The notes under the pieces were generated by a model. That model made no database searches and was not told the DNA's origin. It saw only the letters and a list, made by a program, of their open reading frames with translations. A program made the position numbers and the translations under genes. This document shows, piece by piece, positions 25,301 through 34,457 of a stretch of DNA of 64,000 nt; the stretch's first letter is position 1; each line of letters opens with the position of its first letter. Origin of the DNA: Planctomycetota bacterium (lineage in GTDB: Bacteria > Planctomycetota > SZUA-567 > H5-PLA8); contig BTVV01000020.1 of assembly GCA_045863855.1 (NCBI GenBank), forward strand, positions 1 to 64,000, written 5' to 3'.

Positions 25301-25826
25301 GCTTCTCAATCTTTACTTCCGCGTCATCGCCGCGCCGTTGGATCGAAATGCGGATGCGGTCCAGATTCGCCGCTTCGATGCGTTCGTCGCCGCCGTCGCG
25401 GATCAGATTCTTCAAGGGCACGGCACAGGTATGAGTCCCCGGATCGAGATGCAGCGTTTGAGTGAACGGCGCGCCCGCGCCGGCGTGCAGGTGAACGCGC
25501 AATACTAAACGTCCGCCGGACTGCACCGTAGCGTCGAAGCGGAGCATGTCCATGCCGGCCAACCCCGCGCCGTCGCCGCTCCAAAGCAGCACATCGGGAT
25601 CCTGCTCGCGAGCGGGAAACGCAATGTTTAACCCACCTTCGCGCGCTTCGACCTTGGTCTTTGCATGCAACGCTTTCGCGCTTCCGGCGCCCGCGGCGAA
25701 GTCGGCCAGCACGTGCTCCTGAAGCGCCGGGCGCTTGAGCCACGGACGCGCAGGCTCGGCCGCGCGAACAAGAATCGAACCCAGGCAGACCATCAAAAGA
25801 ATCGAACAAGAAGATCGCATGCGCAT
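22386..25826 (-). CDS. Large secreted multidomain putative glycoside hydrolase (DUF4091/GH123-like core, C-terminal CBM9-like domain)
   Basis: Signal peptide; PNEYEP, PAGTYTG, FDEP, FEHVREGVDD.RY; PVVDGKADDAVW, WMDDSVEVFLD. Confidence 0.72.
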   Translation of the reverse strand: MRMRSSCSILLMVCLGSILVRAAEPARPWLKRPALQEHVLADFAAGAGSAKALHAKTKVEAREGGLNIAFPAREQDPDVLLWSGDGAGLAGMDMLRFDATVQSGGRLVLRVHLHAGAGAPFTQTLHLDPGTHTCAVPLKNLIRDGGDERIEAANLDRIRISIQRRGDDAEVKIEKLSAQRIFEGLDARWFDFGADGCFAGAASVTAKTLYDAARGFGLSGTELVDQAYHDGFPLFGDQVAGKDLAFRIDLPDGEYEVQCVAFGTNWQGVRNVSYKILANEKSVVEDTITPERFFSYELQYYGADLIYDPARTLFDQYHRTYFKPHRFEASAAGGALTLKFEQCGPRTLWIYPKAQAEAGRAFVEACYGEVDHEIWSRIARVRPHKLEGEGAPVAAAEAQRGYRIFTRNYQFRIYPNHEPGADELLDPAQGLEIACAPNEYEPVTFALRPLKDLGVTKVTFSELTSGAHKLPASAFDLCFVKEFPQSVGGGWYEPIPTLLHPYKELELKKDWNRQYWATLFVPPGTPAGTYTGSITLAPHHGEALALPVRVRVRPFDLPKTKTECGMWNNTAFGSHMLQAFPDYEPYVQQTLEAEIRIWAEHGMNGFVLDRPKVTYDRPNVKVTCEFSEWKRTIDACRKYGLSGRHLIGGVAGIVQYGLMRKGFTEFSPEFNSAYIQVLTQMRDWIKANDVPAAAQIFDEPRETELNDWNRNRRDTIKYLKLARQVEGLQTVVTLMGDRDGFNRPYTPLVPLMDIVSTHPWERSDDSIYLCAVEKIADLWLYNGGPSRLVHGYYLWKSRAKGHWQWVYSWEVRDAHIPVFHPKATSQGYAYPGGFLSAVTFEHVREGVDDHRYLELLEAELAQTPKDAPAALAARGFVKAIEEYLPAYPKDHGLSSGAEAGGVYNEDRAKLSFDAWREQLAEYIAALREKREAKKVETAWAMFPKALTAEKKQVVCKLVAQAPVVDGKADDAVWKDAEEATGFLNLARSVLAVPQTSVKAVCDGVKLYVHFTCHEPKYGELKAYAIERDKDVWMDDSVEVFLDANRDKKTYKHLIVNCLGTIQDGDGRDPLWNAEMEAAVSKSKGSWSVEFSVTLASLGVEPPVEGAVWGVNLCRSRQPEPRETSSWAWVGHSFHNPEGFGELIFKK

Positions 25827-25986
25827 GAGGTTTCCTTTTCGGCTCCCAGCACGAAATCCAGCCAAGCCTATACCAGCGTAGACCAAAATGGACCCGCCGC
25901 AGCCCTGCTTGGATACACCGGCCAAGCCGCATGAGCGCTGGATCGAGAAGAGTTCTGAATAGAGTATGGCCCGTCGGACGTTCAGG

Positions 25987-27675
25987 CTAGCCGCGCGCCA
26001 CGGGTCGTGCGGTGCGGCTCTCGTTTTCTGCAACCACCACGATGGCGCGTTCCTGAAGGAGCGGTTCGAGTTTTACCAAGGCAGTGTTGCAGCGATACTC
26101 GCATAAGCCGCAGCCTACGCACTTTTCCGGTACCACGAATGGCGCGAGAATAGTGCTCATCTGCTCGATCTCGAGCGCGGAATAGAGCCCTTCGGATTCC
26201 AGATTCTCGGGCACCGGAAGCGAAATCTGCCGCATTTGGATGGCGTCGTATCCGGCGGCCTTGCACTCGTCGTAGCACAACTGGCAATCGCGCTCGCCGG
26301 CATGCGGCAGGCAAGTTTTCTCGTTCACGATGGCCAGACCCAGGCGAAATACGCGCTTCTCTTCAAGTGCGAGGGGCTGGATCGCCCCCGTCGGACAGAC
26401 TTGCGTGCAGTAGTTGCATTCCTGATGGCAGCCGGCGTGAGAGGGCACGACCACCGGCGTCCAGAGCGCCTCGATCCCGCCTTCCAGCCCCGCCGGTTGA
26501 AGAACCGGACCGGGGCAGACCTTGAAGCATTCGCCGCAGCGGATGCACAGATCGTTGAAGCTTTCTTCGGAGACGCTGCCCGGCGGGCGCAGAAGCGCCT
26601 TTTTCGAACGGAATGCATCGAGCCATCCGACGCGCACAGCCGCGGCGCCGGCGAGACCCGCCGCACCGGCGGCCAGAAAGCCGCGCCGCGAAGTGGGATG
26701 CTCGTGAACGGGCGGATCGTTTTCGGCTTTGAGGTCGGTGAGGTTCCAGCGCGTCGTGAATTGAATCGAATGCGTGGGGCAGACGCCGCCGCAGCTTTGG
26801 CAAAACGTGCAATCGGCGGTACGGGTAGTGAAGTCGGCCTTGATCGCGTCGAAGGGGCAGATCTCGACGCATTTGTTGCATTTAATACAGCTGGATTCGA
26901 CCTTCCGTTCCCCGACTCGAAAGAGATTGAAGACCGAGAAGACCGCGCCGGTGGGGCAGACGTAGCGGCACCAGAATCGCTTTTCCAGAAAGCCAAGCGC
27001 GAATACCGCGGCAAAGAGCACGATGGATAATACGTACGTCCAGCCGACCGGGGGAACCATGCCCCAATTCTTGAGCAGGCCCAATTGAATCGGAGCGCCC
27101 ACGAACAAAAGCCCGCGCGTGATGACCGGTATCGCGGCGAGGTAACCCGAGAGAAGCACGCCGCCGCCAGCGGCCAGAAGAATCGCGGCAAGCAGGTAAT
27201 ACTTCGTGTGTACCCAGCCGCCCGTGGTCTTAAGCTTAAATCGCTTCACGTGGCGGCCGACCGCCCAGTCGAAGAAATCGATCGCCGTTCCCAGCGGACA
27301 GAAATAGCCGCAGAATCCCCGAGGGAAGAACAGGCACAGCGTCAGGATGCCCAGCGCCCACCACAGCGCGACATTCCAAGTGCGCGCGGCCAGGGCCGTG
27401 GAGAATCCCAGGAGCGGATCGAGCCATAGGAAGACTTCCGCCGGAAGAAACTCCTTTTTGTAAAAGAGCTCGTTATCGAATACCGGTCCATACGGCCAAG
27501 CGGCATAAAAGAAGAGCGTCAGGAAAGTTATCAGGCAGACGACCTGCACCGCGCGGCGTATGGGCGAAGCACGGGTGGTCGCACCGAAGCGGGAAAAGAA
27601 TTTGTGCAATCGCCCGCGCCAGCCCCGCCGCTCGTTGGCCTTGAGGAAGGGGAAAAAGAGGTTGGCGTGGCTCAT
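25987..27675 (-). CDS. Membrane 4Fe-4S protein (NapH/MauN-like fused to NapG/MauM-like)
   Basis: FCGYFCPLG, WCRYVCPTG, several CxxCxxCxxxCP motifs, LRPPG, CIRCGECFKVCP. Confidence 0.88.
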   Translation of the reverse strand: MSHANLFFPFLKANERRGWRGRLHKFFSRFGATTRASPIRRAVQVVCLITFLTLFFYAAWPYGPVFDNELFYKKEFLPAEVFLWLDPLLGFSTALAARTWNVALWWALGILTLCLFFPRGFCGYFCPLGTAIDFFDWAVGRHVKRFKLKTTGGWVHTKYYLLAAILLAAGGGVLLSGYLAAIPVITRGLLFVGAPIQLGLLKNWGMVPPVGWTYVLSIVLFAAVFALGFLEKRFWCRYVCPTGAVFSVFNLFRVGERKVESSCIKCNKCVEICPFDAIKADFTTRTADCTFCQSCGGVCPTHSIQFTTRWNLTDLKAENDPPVHEHPTSRRGFLAAGAAGLAGAAAVRVGWLDAFRSKKALLRPPGSVSEESFNDLCIRCGECFKVCPGPVLQPAGLEGGIEALWTPVVVPSHAGCHQECNYCTQVCPTGAIQPLALEEKRVFRLGLAIVNEKTCLPHAGERDCQLCYDECKAAGYDAIQMRQISLPVPENLESEGLYSALEIEQMSTILAPFVVPEKCVGCGLCEYRCNTALVKLEPLLQERAIVVVAENESRTARPVARG

Positions 27676-27680
27676 ACGGC

Positions 27681-28952
27681 TTACAGTCCCGCTTTGCGCA
27701 GCGCTTCCAGTGTGGCAGCCTTGATCGCCTCGGTGCTGACCGTCGCGGCGGTGATGTTGTCCACCTGAAGGCTCTGTTTCTTGATAATTTGCGCGGGCAC
27801 CAGAGTCGTGGCGTTGTTATCGATTTTTTCGGTGTGGTTGAGCTGTATATCGGCGAGCTTTCCGGCTTTAACGATCACGGTGGCATCGATCGGACCGGTG
27901 TAGCCCAGCGCGGATCCGGAGTAGCTGCCGTCCTTGAGCGTAACGGAACCCAACGCTTTGGCATCGATCAGGTCGATCTTGGCCTGAACGATAGCCACGC
28001 GGCGGGGCAGCAGGTGTTTGCCGTACGTCGGATTGGCGAGCGGATAAAGCCGGGCGGCTTCGGTGTACTCCTTCCTCGCTTCGGCATTCTTGCCCTGCTC
28101 GAGGAAGAGGTCGCCCAACATGCTGTGAATCCCGGCTTCCATGATGTCGCGCTGCTGAGGCGTCTGTTTGGCGGCTAGTTGCAGCGCTTGGTTGAGGACT
28201 TGGTACGCTTTGTCGTACGCTCCGAAGTGCACATAGCAAGCGGCCAGACTCTTGTACGGATACAGCGGATACTTTCCCGCCGCGGCCTGCTGCGCGATGA
28301 ACTCTTCATGGGCCTTCACTGCCCAGGCGAATTCAGCGCCCAGTAGCAGATAAAGCGGAAGCTCGTGTCCGTCGCCGATGTCCTTCTTATTGAAGTACAG
28401 CCAAGTCAGCTTGATCGCTTCTCGGTTGCCTTCCAACGTGGCAAGTCCAAGCAGGCGTCGAATCTCGAGGCGGCCGTCCTTCCAGGGTTTGTTTACGTCC
28501 CAATTTACGGGCGTAGCGGCCATCCAATCCGGAGGCACCTTTACCGCGGAGAGCGCTTGCGCCAGCGTATTGGGCTTGGGCCCCGGAGGCGCATTCGCGG
28601 TCAAGGGAGGCGGCGGCGCGGCAGCAGGCGGCGTTACAGTCGCAGGCTGAGCGACGGGCGGAGGCGCCTGCGTAACCGGCGGCGACGCATCGACCGGAAC
28701 ACCCGGCTTGGGCGTGACGATCTTGCGTTTGCCACCTGCCGTAAGGGCGTGAACCTTTGATTTTGGATACGTAAGCTGAGCGCCGCTGCTCTGAAAAGTG
28801 ATCGCGGCATCCGATTCGGAGACGAACTCGCCCCGCAGCGTCATGCCGCTCATCATTTCAAGCGCATCTTCGGCACTCGCGCTCGTGCTCCAGCACCACG
28901 CGGCGCAAACGGCTAACGCGCCCAGCAGAATTTCCGTGCGAGTCGAACGCAT
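27681..28952 (-). CDS. Secreted TPR protein with C-terminal FMN-binding (flavinylation) domain
   Basis: Signal peptide, Pro-rich linker, TPR-like helices, LKDGSYSGSALGY..VDNITAATVST. Confidence 0.82.
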   Translation of the reverse strand: MRSTRTEILLGALAVCAAWCWSTSASAEDALEMMSGMTLRGEFVSESDAAITFQSSGAQLTYPKSKVHALTAGGKRKIVTPKPGVPVDASPPVTQAPPPVAQPATVTPPAAAPPPPLTANAPPGPKPNTLAQALSAVKVPPDWMAATPVNWDVNKPWKDGRLEIRRLLGLATLEGNREAIKLTWLYFNKKDIGDGHELPLYLLLGAEFAWAVKAHEEFIAQQAAAGKYPLYPYKSLAACYVHFGAYDKAYQVLNQALQLAAKQTPQQRDIMEAGIHSMLGDLFLEQGKNAEARKEYTEAARLYPLANPTYGKHLLPRRVAIVQAKIDLIDAKALGSVTLKDGSYSGSALGYTGPIDATVIVKAGKLADIQLNHTEKIDNNATTLVPAQIIKKQSLQVDNITAATVSTEAIKAATLEALRKAGL

Positions 28953-28981
28953 CTGCCACTCCTATCCGAAAACCACGTGAA

Positions 28982-30031
28982 TCAGGACTGCGACGCGCTC
29001 GGAAAGCCCCGCGTCGAGCGTACCGTGCCGCTCTTCGTCACGAACAAAGCCTCGGCGCTCGCATACGTGTTCAGCAGAGCATCGCCCGCCAGTGGCGGCA
29101 GCACGAACAGAGCGGTCGAGAGGGCATCGGCTACCGTGGCGCTATCGGCCACGACGCTGACGCTGCTGTAGTGCGGCGGCGAACCTCCCGTGCGCGGGTC
29201 GAAGATATGGTTGTAGGCCCGGTCGGCGCTGAAGGCCGTCGCGTAGTCGCCGCTCGTGCTGAGGCAGCGCCCATCGAGCTGCGCCAACTCGATGTACGCA
29301 TCTTCGACACGCGGATGCTGAATGCCGACCTTCCATGCCGAACCGTCGGCCTTGCGCCCCAGCGAACTCAGTTCGCCAGTGTTCACGAGCGCTCCGGTCA
29401 CGCCGTGCCGGCGCAGCGCCGCAAGCGCGCGGTCGGCCGCGAAGCCTTGCGCGATCCCGTTCAGTGTGATCGCCATGCCGGGCGACGCCAATCGAATGCG
29501 CCGCGCGTCCACGTCCAGGCGCTGCCACCCGACCAACCGGCGTGTGGCTTCGACCTCGTGCAGATCGGGCAACCGGCCATCTTTATGCGTGGCGGCGTAC
29601 AGTTGCCAAAGCGGCTGCACGGTCACATCGAACGCTCCGCCACTGGCCGCGGAGATCGCTAGTGCCTGGGTCAATACCGAGACCAAATACGGGTGCGGCT
29701 CGCGCAATGAGCCGCTACGGTTCAAGCGGCACAACGCGCTGTGCGGCCGGTACAAGCTCATGAGTTCTTCAACAAGTTCCAGTTCGGCGAAGGCCGCGTC
29801 GAGCGCCGCCGCCGCCGAACCCGCCCTGCGATGCAGGACCGCCATGCTGATCTCGCTGCCCAGCGCGCGAGACGTCCGCTGCGCCGCAAACAACCCCTCC
29901 GCCGCGCGAGTTTCCCGAGACGCCGAACCGCCTGCGGCGGAAGCCGGCCTTGGACCGTGCAACAACCCGGCCAGCGCACCCATGCCGCCGCCCGCCGCCA
30001 GAATCAGAAAGCGCCTGCGTGTCGTGTTCAT
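28982..30031 (-). CDS. apbE: FAD:protein FMN transferase (ApbE family), Tat-exported
   Basis: TRRRFL Tat motif, GAFDVTV, LNGIAQG, STSGDY, HIFDPRTG, ADALSTA. Confidence 0.93.
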   Translation of the reverse strand: MNTTRRRFLILAAGGGMGALAGLLHGPRPASAAGGSASRETRAAEGLFAAQRTSRALGSEISMAVLHRRAGSAAAALDAAFAELELVEELMSLYRPHSALCRLNRSGSLREPHPYLVSVLTQALAISAASGGAFDVTVQPLWQLYAATHKDGRLPDLHEVEATRRLVGWQRLDVDARRIRLASPGMAITLNGIAQGFAADRALAALRRHGVTGALVNTGELSSLGRKADGSAWKVGIQHPRVEDAYIELAQLDGRCLSTSGDYATAFSADRAYNHIFDPRTGGSPPHYSSVSVVADSATVADALSTALFVLPPLAGDALLNTYASAEALFVTKSGTVRSTRGFPSASQS

Positions 30032-30374
30032 CTTGGATTCCTCGCACGAAAATCGGGGGCCCGTGCTGTTCATAGTCCGGCCACCCCCCCATCAGGGGGT
30101 CATTAAATCATGGTCTTTGTACCCTCCTAAAGGAGCTACACAACGCTCCCTTGGCCCCATCCTCCTGCAATAGAGTGGAAAGGCTGCACGTGTGTGTGCG
30201 CTTTCGGACAAGCCGCTTGTGCATTAAATAGAGTGATTCGACCGACGAATCCTGACCCCACGTTGCGCACGCGGGGCGACCTACCCGTAGAGACATGACG
30301 CCGGCTTCGATTGCGGAGCCGGGACATGCCTTTCTGCGGGGGATCGCTCGCGGCGCCTGCGAGGCTGTCCGCGC

Positions 30375-30938
30375 ATGAGTGTACCGGAGTCTCCGGCCGA
30401 TGGAGACGCATGGGACCGGAAGTTCACCGAAATGGTGCGCACGCACCAGACGATGATCTACCGCTATGCCCGGTATCTCGTGCACGACGCGGCGCTGGCC
30501 GAAGAACTGGCCCAAGACACCTTTGTGACGGCGTACTCGAAGCTGCGCCGCGAATCGCCGGAAGGCGAAATAGGCGCGTGGCTGCGCGGAGTGGTTCGAA
30601 ACCTGGTGCTGCGCGCGCGAACCAAGCGCAAGGTTCAGGTGCTCTTTACGGACGAAGAAGGTCTGGAAGTGGCCGAGCGGGTTTGGGCGCGCCAGGAGCC
30701 TCCGGAAAACGGGAGTGCCGATCCAAGGCTGGAAGCGCTGCGACGTTGCGTGGGCGCCTTGAGCGCGGACGATAAGCAGCTCTTGAAGCTGCGCTTCGAG
30801 GAACAGCGTTCGCGCGACCAACTGTCCGAGCTGCTGCGCTTGTCGGCCGAAGGCATCAAGACCCGTCTGCGCCGTTTGCGGGCGAAGCTGTTGGACTGCG
30901 CCAAACGCCGGTTGGCGGGCAAGGAGCCCAGCGCGTAA
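30375..30938 (+). CDS. ECF sigma-70 factor
   Basis: AEELAQDTF, AWLRGVVRN, region 4 IKTRLRRLRAKL. Confidence 0.92.
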   Translation: MSVPESPADGDAWDRKFTEMVRTHQTMIYRYARYLVHDAALAEELAQDTFVTAYSKLRRESPEGEIGAWLRGVVRNLVLRARTKRKVQVLFTDEEGLEVAERVWARQEPPENGSADPRLEALRRCVGALSADDKQLLKLRFEEQRSRDQLSELLRLSAEGIKTRLRRLRAKLLDCAKRRLAGKEPSA

Positions 30939-32248
30939 TGGACCGGGAAGCCATCCTGCTCGGGCTCGACGCGTGCCTCGATGGGGCCGCCGACGAGCCG
31001 CAACGCGAAGCGCTGGACATGGCCGTCCGGTCCGATCGGGCGATCGCCGAACTCTGCGCGGAATACCGCCTGCAGGATGCGCTGCTGACCGAACTGTTCG
31101 TGGGACTTCCGGAACTGGCCACGCCGCAATGGCTGTTGGAACGCGCCAAGAAGCGGGCGCGCATCGTGGAAGCCTCCGGCGAAGCCGCGCCGCTGGTTTT
31201 AAGCACGCCTCCAGCGGCGAAGACCGCCGCTCCCACTCGAGCGCCGACGCCGGGCAAGGCTCAGACGCGAGGCGGACGCAAAGCCCGCACGCGCGGCACC
31301 GATGGACTGCGCCCCGTGGGCGGCGCCAATCGAGCCTGGCTCGGTTTGATCGGCGTGGCCGCGGCGGCGCTCGTGGCGCTGGTCATTTACCTTACGCGCA
31401 ATCCAGAAAAGCCCGCGGAGCCGGACGTCGTCCAACAGCCGGCGGTCGAATCCAAAACGCCCGAAGCGAAGACGCCGGAACAGACACCGCCGCCGAAGCC
31501 GGCCGAGCCCATCGTCGCAATCAAGGGCGGCGCCTATACGCGCGAAGGGAACACGCTCACAACCGACCGCGTTTCGGCCATCGTCGTCACGCTGGCCGAT
31601 GGCAGCGAAGTCGAGATGCAGCCGCTGACCAAGGTCAGCTTCGCGGTGCCCACGCCGGAGGTCCGGCAAGACTTGGATCTGTCGCAGGGATTGCTCAAGG
31701 TCAAAGCCGTGCCCAACGAACGGCTCTTCCGCGTGCGCGCCGGAGCGGGCGAGATTACCGTCGTAGGCACGCGCTTCGTCGTGGAACGCGCCGCGCGGGA
31801 GCAGCTTTCGGGCGACCAGCAGGCCCCGGCACGGGTCGAAGTCGCCGAAGGTTCGGTGCGGCTCAAGAACGAAAAAGGCGAGCTGGTGGTGGAGCGCGAG
31901 CAGACAGCGGTGTTGAGCGCCGCGTTCGCGCCTCAGGCCGCGGTCAAACCGCAGGCGCACGATCTGCTGGGCTTCAGCGGTAAAATGAAAGTGGCCGTGC
32001 TGCACAAGGACCGGCAGCGCCTGCTGGTGATGGTCGCGAAGGCCGAGCCGGATCGCGAAAACAAGCTGGAACGCGCCGGTGACCGGATCGCGCATAAGAT
32101 CCTGTGGCTCTACCCTGCCCCCGAGCGGCAGGAAGAAGCGCACGAAGCCGCGCAGAAGATGCTGGAAGAGGTGAAGGTCATGGACGATCCCTACCTGTCC
32201 GTCTGGAGTTTCGAAGGCCGCTTGGTCTTCGTGCCCGTGCGCAAGTAG
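30938..32248 (+). CDS. FecR-domain anti-sigma factor
   Basis: Coupled to sigma gene (TAATG); one TM; LADGSEV, ITVVGTRF, VEVAEGSV. Confidence 0.85.
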   Translation: MDREAILLGLDACLDGAADEPQREALDMAVRSDRAIAELCAEYRLQDALLTELFVGLPELATPQWLLERAKKRARIVEASGEAAPLVLSTPPAAKTAAPTRAPTPGKAQTRGGRKARTRGTDGLRPVGGANRAWLGLIGVAAAALVALVIYLTRNPEKPAEPDVVQQPAVESKTPEAKTPEQTPPPKPAEPIVAIKGGAYTREGNTLTTDRVSAIVVTLADGSEVEMQPLTKVSFAVPTPEVRQDLDLSQGLLKVKAVPNERLFRVRAGAGEITVVGTRFVVERAAREQLSGDQQAPARVEVAEGSVRLKNEKGELVVEREQTAVLSAAFAPQAAVKPQAHDLLGFSGKMKVAVLHKDRQRLLVMVAKAEPDRENKLERAGDRIAHKILWLYPAPERQEEAHEAAQKMLEEVKVMDDPYLSVWSFEGRLVFVPVRK

Positions 32249-32329
32249 CCTCATCCGCACTTTCACGCCGCGCGCCACGCGCTAAACCGTACTCAACGCC
32301 AGCGCCAACCTTCAATGGAGAGCATCGCC

Positions 32330-34450
32330 ATGGGCAAGCTGCCCGTCGATTACGCCGAACGCGTTTACGCCGGAGTCCTGGGAAAGCTGATCGGGGTCTA
32401 CCTCGGACGGCCCTTCGAACAATGGTCGCATGAACGGATCAAGCAGGATCTGGGCGAAATCCGCTACTACGTCCACGAGAAGCTCGGCGTGCCGCTGGTG
32501 GTCACCGACGACGACATCTCCGGCACGTTCACTTTCGTGCGCGCGCTGGAAGACTTCGGCTACGACCCCGAACTGCCGGCCGCGGCCATCGGGCGCACGT
32601 GGCTGAACTACATCATCGAAAACAAAACCATCCTGTGGTGGGGCGGCATGGGCGTCAGCACCGAAGACACCGCGTTCCAGCGCCTCAAGCGCGGGATCGA
32701 CGCGCCGCGCAGCGGGAGCATCGAGCTGAATGGGCAGGTCGTGGCCGAACAGATCGGCTCGCAGATCTTCATCGACGGCTGGGCGTTGGTCTGCCCCGGC
32801 GATCCGGAACGCGCGGCGGCGCTGGCGGCGAATGCCGCAAGCGTCAGCCACGACGGCGAAGCGCTCCACGGAGCGGTCTTGCTCGCCGCGATGGAAGCGC
32901 AGGCCTTCGTCGAGCCCGACATGGACAAGCTGCTCGAGACGGGCTACCGCTTCATCCCCAAAGACTGCACGATCCGGAAACTCACCGACGAAATCCGCGG
33001 CTGGCGAGAACAGGACCGCGATTGGGAGCGGTCGCTGCGTCGCATTCAGGAGAAGTACGGTTACGAGAAGTTCGGCGGCGGCTGCCATATGGTGCCCAAC
33101 CACGCCATCATTCAACTGGCGCTGGCGTACGCGCCCGACGATTTCCAGCAGAGTCTGCTGATCGCCAATACCGCCGGCTACGACACCGACTGCAATAGCG
33201 GGAACGTGGGCTGCCTGCTGGGCATCAAGGACGGCCTGAAGAGCCTCGAAGCCGGCCCCGACTGGCGCGGGCCGGTGGCCGACCGTTTGTACCTGCCCAC
33301 CGCCGACGGCGGACGCTGCGTCTCCGACGCGGTGCGCGAGACGTACGAACTGGTCAAAGCCGGCTGCGCGCTGGCCGGCGAACCGTACGCGCCGCCCAAA
33401 GACGGCGCGCGCTACCACTTCGAGCTGCCCGGCAGCGTGCAGGGCTGGCGCTTCGAAGAGAGCGCCGATTGCCGCTGCATCGGCACGGTCTGGAACGCCG
33501 CCGGGCACAGCGCCCGCGGCGCGCGCAGCCTCGCCATCGGCTATCACCGGCTGGCCTTCGGACGCGCCGCGCGCGCCGCGGTGGACACGTTCCTATCGCC
33601 CGAGGCCGCCAAGATGCCGGGCTATTCGCTGATCGCCAGCCCGGCGCTGTACCCCGGGCAGACGGTCCGCGCCGCGGTGGAAGCCGATGCGCACAACGAC
33701 CGGCCGGTGACGGTGCGTCCGTATGTCCGCTACTACGGCGAGAAGGACGCGCCGGCCTACGCGCGCGGTCCCGAGACGCTGCTCGCGCCGGGCCAAAAGC
33801 ACGCCTTCGAGTGGAAGATCCCGGATGCAGCGGTCGGCCCGCGGCCCATCGCGCAGGCGGGGATCGAAATCGTCAGCGCCGAGCCGGCTGCGGGATCGGT
33901 GTACCTCGATTACTTCACCTGGGCCGGCGCACCGGATCTCACGTTCGGCGATCCCGGCGACGGCGGCAAGCTCTGGCAGTCGGCGTGGGTGACCGCTTGC
34001 GATACGCCGGCCTTCGGCCGCGGGAAGTGGCCCTTCGGCGTTTTCCAGGACGATGCCAACGGACTGCTCTCGATCGGCACGCGCGAATGGAGGGATTACC
34101 GCGTCGATGCCGTGACGCATCCGCATCTGTGCGATCAGGCCGGCATCGCGTGCGGCGTGCAGGGCTTGCAGCGCTACTACGCCTTGGTGCTCGCGCGGCC
34201 GAACAAACTGCGCCTGATCAAGCAGCGCTACGGGCGCAGCGTGGTCGCCGAAAAGGAATGGACCTGGACGCTGGGCCAGGAAGTGCGGCTGGCGTTGGAG
34301 TTCCGCGGCCCGAAACTGAGCGGATTCGCCGACGGCCGAAAGGTGCTGGAAGCCGAAGACCGCGACGCGCCCTTCACGAGCGGCGGGATCGGATTGCTTT
34401 GCGATGCGGGGCGGACGGGCTGGGGTCCGGTGCGCGTGCAGCCGGTTTAA
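32330..34450 (+). CDS. ADP-ribosylglycohydrolase family protein with C-terminal beta domains
   Basis: YAGVLGKLIGVYLGRPFE, TDDD, GYDTDCN. Confidence 0.9.
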   Translation: MGKLPVDYAERVYAGVLGKLIGVYLGRPFEQWSHERIKQDLGEIRYYVHEKLGVPLVVTDDDISGTFTFVRALEDFGYDPELPAAAIGRTWLNYIIENKTILWWGGMGVSTEDTAFQRLKRGIDAPRSGSIELNGQVVAEQIGSQIFIDGWALVCPGDPERAAALAANAASVSHDGEALHGAVLLAAMEAQAFVEPDMDKLLETGYRFIPKDCTIRKLTDEIRGWREQDRDWERSLRRIQEKYGYEKFGGGCHMVPNHAIIQLALAYAPDDFQQSLLIANTAGYDTDCNSGNVGCLLGIKDGLKSLEAGPDWRGPVADRLYLPTADGGRCVSDAVRETYELVKAGCALAGEPYAPPKDGARYHFELPGSVQGWRFEESADCRCIGTVWNAAGHSARGARSLAIGYHRLAFGRAARAAVDTFLSPEAAKMPGYSLIASPALYPGQTVRAAVEADAHNDRPVTVRPYVRYYGEKDAPAYARGPETLLAPGQKHAFEWKIPDAAVGPRPIAQAGIEIVSAEPAAGSVYLDYFTWAGAPDLTFGDPGDGGKLWQSAWVTACDTPAFGRGKWPFGVFQDDANGLLSIGTREWRDYRVDAVTHPHLCDQAGIACGVQGLQRYYALVLARPNKLRLIKQRYGRSVVAEKEWTWTLGQEVRLALEFRGPKLSGFADGRKVLEAEDRDAPFTSGGIGLLCDAGRTGWGPVRVQPV

Positions 34451-34457
34451 CCGCGCT

